A stretch of DNA of 64,000 nucleotides from positions 21,610 through 85,609 of the forward strand of contig JBDKEN010000001.1 of assembly GCA_039795225.1 (NCBI GenBank). The letters are read 5' to 3'. This DNA comes from Bacteroidota bacterium (GTDB lineage Bacteria; Bacteroidota; Ignavibacteria; Kapaibacteriales; Kapaibacteriaceae). A program made the position numbers and the translations under genes. Below the pieces are notes generated by a model. That model did no database searches. It was not told where the DNA came from and saw nothing but the letters and a program-made list of their open reading frames with translations. Within the stretch, counting starts at the first letter, position 1. Every line of letters begins with the position of its first letter. Positions 57,917 to 64,000 of the stretch are shown piece by piece.

Positions 57917-58729
57917 TCAATTTCCGTAGCGGTCGCGGTATGTTGGTGGGAGATCAATCGCATACTTCACCGCAAGTCCCAGCCTGAGAACATTCGTCTT
58001 CCAATCACGATTGTACAGGATGTTCGTGATGCCATACGTGTACTGCAGCTCCGGTGCAATAGTCAGGTCCGGCACGTTGGGAATCTGGATGTCATAGCTC
58101 AAACCGGCATTCACCCCGAACTGCAGATTGCGCACGTCGGACAGGAAGCCGGAACGCACATTGCGCTCCCGCGATCCATCGACGTAGGTAATGGTACTTG
58201 GTGATACAATCGACTCGCTCTGTGTGAATGATGTTCCGGTAATGTATCCGCATTGGATACCAAGACCTATGTCGAAGCCCTGTACATCAAAACTTACTCC
58301 TGGTTCAATAAACACTGCGTGAACGGTTGCTGCGATGTCATGACGAATCGTCAACCGTCGTGATGCAAGCTCACCGTTATATGCCCAAAGCTCTTCGTTG
58401 GAGCTGAAGTCGCCCCCTAACTGCGTATACATCAATCGCAGATATGGAGTCAGCCCCATACTCAGAGGAACCTCGGCGATTCCGTCAATCGAAAAGCCTG
58501 TCTTCTGCGCATTGCCGAAGCCCAGACAGCAATTGTCGATCTGCGGCAATGAGGCAAAGTCAGCTTGAAGGAATCGTTGATCAAAGGATGCGGCGATGCC
58601 CAGACGGATCTTCTCATACATGAGCGTTGGACGTGTCTGTGCATGTGCAACGGTCAGAAGAACTGCCGCTCCGACAAGAGGTCCAAGGCACCGCCGCAGG
58701 AAGTTTGTGATCAAGGTGTAGTGTGGCAT
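57917..58729 (-). CDS. Outer-membrane beta-barrel protein (porin-family-like), last gene of the giant-fibre cluster
   Basis: Signal peptide ...AAVLLTVAHAQ, alternating beta-strand pattern. Paralogous to the N-terminal domain of 53206..55146. GGAG lies 5 nt upstream of the ATG. Confidence 0.55.
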   Translation of the reverse strand: MPHYTLITNFLRRCLGPLVGAAVLLTVAHAQTRPTLMYEKIRLGIAASFDQRFLQADFASLPQIDNCCLGFGNAQKTGFSIDGIAEVPLSMGLTPYLRLMYTQLGGDFSSNEELWAYNGELASRRLTIRHDIAATVHAVFIEPGVSFDVQGFDIGLGIQCGYITGTSFTQSESIVSPSTITYVDGSRERNVRSGFLSDVRNLQFGVNAGLSYDIQIPNVPDLTIAPELQYTYGITNILYNRDWKTNVLRLGLAVKYAIDLPPTYRDRYGN

Positions 58730-58738
58730 GGGGCTCTC

Positions 58739-59662
58739 CTATCGTACGATGATGAATTGCGTGGCCACGGACTGGAACTGTGTACGAACCGACATGACGT
58801 ATGGCCCAGCTGCCATGTCAAGTGGCGAAAATGGGAGTCTGAACTCCCCTGCGGAGACCGGACCCGAGAAGAGCTCGCGTACGGGAGTACCATCACCATC
58901 ATAGATCGTAACAGTGATTACTTCTGCCTGTGCGAAGTCACAAATCACCTCTGCCCTATCACTCACAGGCTGGGGCAGTACGCGAAGCGTCGGATGACCG
59001 GCAACTGCCGTCAGACGTGGACCACCCGCTTTGCAGATGCTGAGATCAGTGAATGAACCGTTCTCCATGTAGACCCGCATACGCGAGGGTTCTTCCCACT
59101 GAAACGATTCGAACTCGAGCGCCGTCGCTGTGTCATTGCCGAGTCGAACGAACGCATTGATCGATGCAAGCTGCTGGATTGTATCGGTTGCAACACCCTT
59201 GAGCGTTATGAGATACGCGTGATCCACCTCCTCAACGCTATCGATGCCACGGGGCTCCAGCATCGACTTGTTGAATCGAATCTTTGCGGTCCAGTGCTTC
59301 ACACCACCGACGAACATCTTTTGCGTTGATACCATCGATATAGGGATGGTAATCGTTTCACCGTTGCGTCCTGTAAGGTGTGGCATGGTCACCGTGGTAT
59401 GCCACCCATTGGCATCGTGGATACGATTCGCCACATACCAGAAGCCCTGTTCCATATGCTTTGGATGTCGCTGGGTGATACCAATCACTGGTTGACCCGC
59501 GGAGCCATGAATCGTGTGGACTGTGGAGGACATCACATCACCTCCATTACTGATAAGGTACTTTCCAACGGAGAGCTGTGCGTTCATCCTCGGTGCCATC
59601 GACAGAGTCAGGATGATGCCGGCGGCCGTTAATGAGCTTGCTACTGCATGTTTCGCATTCAT
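58739..59662 (-). CDS. Secreted protein with a GFW N-terminal module, cohesin-like middle and T9SS C-terminal domain
   Basis: Signal peptide, SAGQPVIGIT...MEQGFWYV. C-terminal LRVLPQPVSDRAEVICDF...ITVTIYDGDGTPVRELF...GPYVMSVRT...QFIIVR is CTD-like. Confidence 0.6.
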   Translation of the reverse strand: MNAKHAVASSLTAAGIILTLSMAPRMNAQLSVGKYLISNGGDVMSSTVHTIHGSAGQPVIGITQRHPKHMEQGFWYVANRIHDANGWHTTVTMPHLTGRNGETITIPISMVSTQKMFVGGVKHWTAKIRFNKSMLEPRGIDSVEEVDHAYLITLKGVATDTIQQLASINAFVRLGNDTATALEFESFQWEEPSRMRVYMENGSFTDLSICKAGGPRLTAVAGHPTLRVLPQPVSDRAEVICDFAQAEVITVTIYDGDGTPVRELFSGPVSAGEFRLPFSPLDMAAGPYVMSVRTQFQSVATQFIIVR

Positions 59663-59679
59663 AAGGCATCCCTCGATGG

Positions 59680-62600
59680 TTAGTTGTTGTGAGTGATCTC
59701 AACCCACTTCTGCAGCGATGAGATGTAGACGAACATGATCAGACCGTTTGTATTGAGCGTCCGACTTGCGATGAACAGCTCAAGCTGATTATCAGTAGCT
59801 GAACGGCCATCATTGCTGTAGAACTTGAGCTGCTTACCAGAGCCGTTGAACACAATGAGTAAGCGTCCGTCCGATCCTCCATCAAAGCCCGTCACGTCCG
59901 TCTGCGCCGTTGCATTGATGAATCGAATCAGACCTGCCTCAGGAATGATGAGGTCATTCAGCTCATTCAACACGTTTTGAACTAAGGCGACATCGATAAC
60001 GGTGCCTTCCCGCAGGTACACGCCGGTAGGCAGTTCACCCTTTTTCGTATTTGTCCACTTCTGCGTTGTGTCGTTCCAGGTCAATACGTCCTGATTCGCC
60101 AGCGTCATTGTCGAATCAATAGGCTTTGTCTGAATCTTCTGAACGACAGGGTTCGGATATGTTCCTTTAAGGTCTCCTCCGGCGGAACCGGTTGGAGAAC
60201 TTGATGACGGGGCTACCGGCTCCCATGAGCTGGTTGTGCTACTCCAGGTCAGCACATTACCCGAAGCAGGCGCAGCTGTCGACACTGTGCGTCCTTGGAT
60301 CTTATTGACAGTCGGATTTGGATACGTGCCCGAAAGATCACCTCCAGCCGATCCACCTGGGGTCGTCCCCGATATCGTAACGTTCGATACATTCGTCAGA
60401 CGTCCATCAGAATCCACCGTGAGCTGAGGAACTTGTGTCGTTGTTCCATACGTACCACCGACGACCGATGTTGAAGCAAGCTCTGATGACCCCACGGCGT
60501 CGGCTGTGATCTGCAGGTTCATCGTATTGATGTTGCCACTGACTGTTACGTCTGTTCCGGCAGCAGTTGCCGGCACGATGGTGAGGTTTGTAGCCGAGCT
60601 CAACCGTCCCTTCGCATCGACGGAAAACTGCGGTACTGCGCTCGTGGTACCATACGTGCCGGAACTGACACCGGTTGTTGTGAGGCTCGGATTCGGATAG
60701 GTTCCCGTAAGATCGCCACCGGCTGGGCCTGATGGAGCAGCACCAGAGATCGTGACGTTGCTTGCACTGGTGATACGTCCATCGGCGTCTACAGTAAACT
60801 GTGCAACCTGCGTGGACGTACCGTAGCTACCAGCCGAGACCGACGTTGATTGCAGTTCGGTCGAGCCAACCACATCCGATCCCAGTTGAAGATTCATCGT
60901 GTTGATGTTACCACTGACGGTTACATCGGTTCCCGCTGCTGTAGCTGGAACAATGGTGACATTTGTTGCACTCGTGAGTCGCCCCTTGGCGTCAACAGAA
61001 ACCTGTGCAACCTGGTGATCACTTCCATACGTAGCAGCCGTCACTCCCGTCAACGTGAGAGTTGGATTTGGATACGTACCGGTAAGATCACCACCGGCAG
61101 CGCCCCCAGGGATCGTGCCAGAGATCGTCACGTTACTGACATTCGTGAGGCGACCATCCGCATCGACTGTGAGCTGCGGGACTTGCGTGGTGGAACCGTA
61201 CATGCCACTCACGACTGCTGTTGATGCCAATTCTGCCGAGCCGACGACATCGGTGCCCAACTGCAAGTTCATACTGTTGATGTTCCCGCTTACGGAGACA
61301 TCGGTTCCAGCGGCAGTAACCGGCACGATGGTGACATTCGTCGCTGAGCTTACCCGTCCCTTCGCATCGACGGATATCTGCGGCACAACGCTCGTTGTTC
61401 CATACGTGCCGGCACTGACGCCGGTCGTGGTCAGACTCGGGTTGGGATAGGTTCCCGTGAGATCTCCCCCTGCGGGACCGGAGGGGGCAATACCAGAAAT
61501 GCTGACGTTGCTCGCATTGGTGATACGACCATCGGTATCAACCGTAAACTGTGCTACCTGTGTAGCCGTACCGTAGGTGCCAGCAGATACTGTCGTCGAG
61601 GCAAGCTCAGGTGCACCGACAACGCTGCTGCCTAATTGCAGATTCATTGTGTTGACATTCCCTGTGACGGTAACATCGGTTCCCGCTGCCGTCGAGGGAA
61701 CGATCGTGACGTTGGTTGCATTTGTTAAACGGCCCTTCGCATCAACAGTGATCTGCGCAACCTGGTGATCGCTACCGTACGTTGCCGCTGCAACGCCTGT
61801 TGTCGTCAACGTCGGATTTGGATATGTGCCGGTGAGATCACCACCCGCTGCGCCGCCCGGTGTTGTGCCAGAGATCGTCACGTTCGTGACGTTAGTCAAC
61901 CGACCATCAGCATCGACGCTCAGCTGTGCGACCTGCGTTGTGGTACCATAGGTACCGCTGGTAACAGCCGTAGGTGCCAGCTCTGTTGGACCGACAACAT
62001 CGGCACCAAGCTGCAGGTTCATCGTATTGATATTACCGGATACCGTAACATCTGTGCCAGCAGCCGTCGTGGGCACAATTGTCAAATTGCTCGCTGCGGT
62101 AAGACGCCCCTTAGCGTCGACGGTAAACTGCGGTACTGCGCTTGTTGAACCGTACGATCCGGCACTCACTCCTGTTGTAATCAATGTTGGATTTGGATAC
62201 GTGCCGGTGAGATCACCGCCTGCTGCGCCACCCGGAGTCGTACCGGTGATCGTCACATTCGTAACGTTCGTGAGTCGACCATCAGCATCGACCGTAAGCT
62301 GGGGAATTTGGGTGGCTGATCCATACGTGCCGAGGGTAACGCCGGATGATGATAGTTCGGATGCACCGACCGTGTTCGCACCAATCTGTAGATTCATGGT
62401 GTTGATGTTCCCGGTCACACTAACATCCGAAGAGCCACTCGTTGCCGGTACAATTGTCAGATTTGATGCCGCAAGAACGCGTCCCTTAGCATCAACGGTA
62501 AACTGCGGTACTGCCGAGGTTGTACCGTATTGATCTGCGACAACCCCTGTTGCAATGAGTGATGGACTTGGGTAGGTGCCCGTAAGATCACCACCGGCAG

Positions 62601-64000
62601 CTCCTCCCGGAGTTGTACCCGATATCGTCACATTCTGTGCTGAAGTTAGACGTCCATCAGCATCGACGGTGAACTGCCCTACCTGCGTGGCTGTACCATA
62701 GGTTCCCGAGCTTACCGCAGTCGGCGCGAGCTCTGTAGGACCGACCACTGCTGTGGCGAGCTGAATGTTCATTGTATTGATGTTTCCCGTCACGGTAGCG
62801 TCTGAGCCTGCAGCTGTGACAGGCACGATTGTCACATTGGTGGCATTGGAGAGTCGACCCTTTGCATCAACAGTAAACTGTCCAACCTGACTATTGCTGC
62901 CATATGTGCCCGATGCAATGCCCGTTGTCGTGAGCGTCGGATTTGGATACGTTCCAGTGAGGTCACCCCCGGCCGACCCTCCCGGCGTGGTGCCGGCTAT
63001 GGTAATGTTCTGTGCTGTGGTGATGCGTCCGTCCTGATCAATCGTGATCTGCGGGACCTGCGTCGTCGTGCCGTAGGTGGCTGCTGATACACCGGTCGAG
63101 GCAAGCTCCTGCGAGCCCACGACATTGGGTCCGATCTGCAGATTCATCGTATTGATCGTGCCGGAAATCGTCACATCAGATGTTAACGAGCTTACGGGTT
63201 GGATCATGACATCGGCTGCCGACAACACCCGCCCCTTCGCATCAATCGTCACCTGTGCAACATGACTCGATGAACCATAGGTGCCGGACATCACGCCGGT
63301 GGTGGTGAGCGACGGATTCGGATAGGTACCAGTAAGATCTCCACCAGCTGCACCTCCGGGAGTAGTTCCTGTAATAGTTGTTGATGTAAGTGCGGTAACT
63401 CGACCATCGTTGTCGATAGTCACGATCGGTACAATCGAGGATGATCCAACGGGGCCAATCGAAGTGGCATGAAGATCAGCCAACTCTGTCGAGCCGACGC
63501 GGCCAGTCTTGATCTGTAGATCCATTGAGTCGAGGTGGCCGGTTACAGTTACGTCAGAAGCGGTAACTGTGCCCGGATGCTCCAGCTTGGACGCATCGAT
63601 TACCTGCATGGATGATGAATTATTGATCGCATTGATAATCGAGGGTCCTGCTGCTGCGATGTTGATCGTCGGATTTGGATATGTTCCAGTCAGATCTCCA
63701 CCGGCTGGCCCTCCGGGAGTCGTTCCAGAGATTGTCACATTCGCCGCCGCGGTAAGTCGTCCATCGGCATCAACAGTAATCTGCGGTACCTGTGTGGTTG
63801 TTCCGTAGGAACCTGCAGCAACCGACGTTGAGGCGAGCTCGTTGGCACTCACCACTGCGGTTCCGAGCTGGAGATTCATGGTGTTGATGTTTCCGGTAAC
63901 GTTGACGTCCGTGCCGGTGGTCACTCCGGGAACAATTGTCACATTGGTCGCAGATGTGAGACGTCCCTTTGCGTCAACGGTGAACTGGCCGACCTGACTC
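59680..64000 (-). CDS. Giant tandem-repeat fibre/adhesin-like protein, C-terminal ~1,440 aa; N-terminus lies right of the window
   Basis: The listed GTG at 63942 is an internal Val. The frame stays open to 64000 and reads SQVGQFTVDAKGRLTSATN, continuing the repeat. Ten 125-aa repeats plus a 209-aa non-repeat C-terminus. TAA stop at 59680-59682. Confidence 0.85.
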   Translation of the reverse strand, partial: SQVGQFTVDAKGRLTSATNVTIVPGVTTGTDVNVTGNINTMNLQLGTAVVSANELASTSVAAGSYGTTTQVPQITVDADGRLTAAANVTISGTTPGGPAGGDLTGTYPNPTINIAAAGPSIINAINNSSSMQVIDASKLEHPGTVTASDVTVTGHLDSMDLQIKTGRVGSTELADLHATSIGPVGSSSIVPIVTIDNDGRVTALTSTTITGTTPGGAAGGDLTGTYPNPSLTTTGVMSGTYGSSSHVAQVTIDAKGRVLSAADVMIQPVSSLTSDVTISGTINTMNLQIGPNVVGSQELASTGVSAATYGTTTQVPQITIDQDGRITTAQNITIAGTTPGGSAGGDLTGTYPNPTLTTTGIASGTYGSNSQVGQFTVDAKGRLSNATNVTIVPVTAAGSDATVTGNINTMNIQLATAVVGPTELAPTAVSSGTYGTATQVGQFTVDADGRLTSAQNVTISGTTPGGAAGGDLTGTYPSPSLIATGVVADQYGTTSAVPQFTVDAKGRVLAASNLTIVPATSGSSDVSVTGNINTMNLQIGANTVGASELSSSGVTLGTYGSATQIPQLTVDADGRLTNVTNVTITGTTPGGAAGGDLTGTYPNPTLITTGVSAGSYGSTSAVPQFTVDAKGRLTAASNLTIVPTTAAGTDVTVSGNINTMNLQLGADVVGPTELAPTAVTSGTYGTTTQVAQLSVDADGRLTNVTNVTISGTTPGGAAGGDLTGTYPNPTLTTTGVAAATYGSDHQVAQITVDAKGRLTNATNVTIVPSTAAGTDVTVTGNVNTMNLQLGSSVVGAPELASTTVSAGTYGTATQVAQFTVDTDGRITNASNVSISGIAPSGPAGGDLTGTYPNPSLTTTGVSAGTYGTTSVVPQISVDAKGRVSSATNVTIVPVTAAGTDVSVSGNINSMNLQLGTDVVGSAELASTAVVSGMYGSTTQVPQLTVDADGRLTNVSNVTISGTIPGGAAGGDLTGTYPNPTLTLTGVTAATYGSDHQVAQVSVDAKGRLTSATNVTIVPATAAGTDVTVSGNINTMNLQLGSDVVGSTELQSTSVSAGSYGTSTQVAQFTVDADGRITSASNVTISGAAPSGPAGGDLTGTYPNPSLTTTGVSSGTYGTTSAVPQFSVDAKGRLSSATNLTIVPATAAGTDVTVSGNINTMNLQITADAVGSSELASTSVVGGTYGTTTQVPQLTVDSDGRLTNVSNVTISGTTPGGSAGGDLSGTYPNPTVNKIQGRTVSTAAPASGNVLTWSSTTSSWEPVAPSSSSPTGSAGGDLKGTYPNPVVQKIQTKPIDSTMTLANQDVLTWNDTTQKWTNTKKGELPTGVYLREGTVIDVALVQNVLNELNDLIIPEAGLIRFINATAQTDVTGFDGGSDGRLLIVFNGSGKQLKFYSNDGRSATDNQLELFIASRTLNTNGLIMFVYISSLQKWVEITHNN
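60310..64000 (-). repeat. 375-bp (125-aa) in-frame tandem repeats inside the giant gene, about 10 copies in the window, with a 750-bp higher-order repeat
   Basis: TTCATCGT of the NTMNLQ block recurs at 60518 and 60893 (375 bp apart). CCTGGTGATC recurs at 61011 and 61761 (750 bp apart). The protein shows 10 G(N/T)(I/V)N(T/S)MNLQ-type blocks. Confidence 0.9.

Noticed and set aside
57917-58729. Calling the 270-aa barrel a PorP/SprF T9SS component.
   Set aside because: It lacks the N-terminal QDPxFSQY...NPAY signature I associate with that family. Only a generic beta-barrel call is supportable.
1-64000. Mobile elements, prophage, tRNA or rRNA genes.
   Set aside because: No integrase, transposase or phage structural ORFs were recognised in the six-frame track. 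The intergenic regions are too short or too repeat-filled to hold tRNA or rRNA genes. The scan was visual only.

Overview
This 64-kb chromosomal window holds 46 supported protein-coding genes. I saw no rRNA, tRNA, CRISPR array, transposase or integrase. The source looks like an FCB-group bacterium (Bacteroidota/Chlorobi/Ignavibacteria-like). The evidence is at least four secreted proteins ending in type IX secretion (T9SS) C-terminal sorting domains, a DUF5683 protein, a Bacteroidetes-type GlmM N-terminus, and TAnnTTTG-like promoter boxes. Most genes are housekeeping: murD, murB, fumC, gcvP, pyrE, xth, recR, dprA, hrpB, fni plus a polyprenyl synthase, ubiE, kynA, pepP, glmM, ftsB, ridA and pspA. 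There is also an RND efflux operon, an ABC-2 transporter, two tandem LOG genes followed by a full-length ABCC-like exporter, and several large T9SS cargo proteins. Accessory content sits at the edges. On the left is the 3' part of a type I restriction hsdR plus a DUF2130 gene. On the right is a giant fibre-like gene (about 1,440 aa in the window, N-terminus outside it) built from 375-bp tandem repeats, followed by a T9SS-CTD protein and a beta-barrel. The signal that ordinary annotation does not explain is a family of ten strictly 7-bp-periodic tandem arrays (about 102 units). They fill much of the intergenic DNA between 1.2 and 48.2 kb, show a consistent polarity relative to flanking gene ends, include two inverted array pairs, and include a (TTTGGGG)n G-quadruplex-type member. 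Two further points stand out. A 1,006-aa protein has type IIG restriction-modification architecture but degenerate catalytic motifs. Promoter-like TAnnTT(T/C)G boxes sit only 2-4 nt from start codons, a leaderless-type geometry. All functional calls come from reading the translated ORFs and remembered family motifs; no search or computation was run, and GC content and structure energies were not computed.
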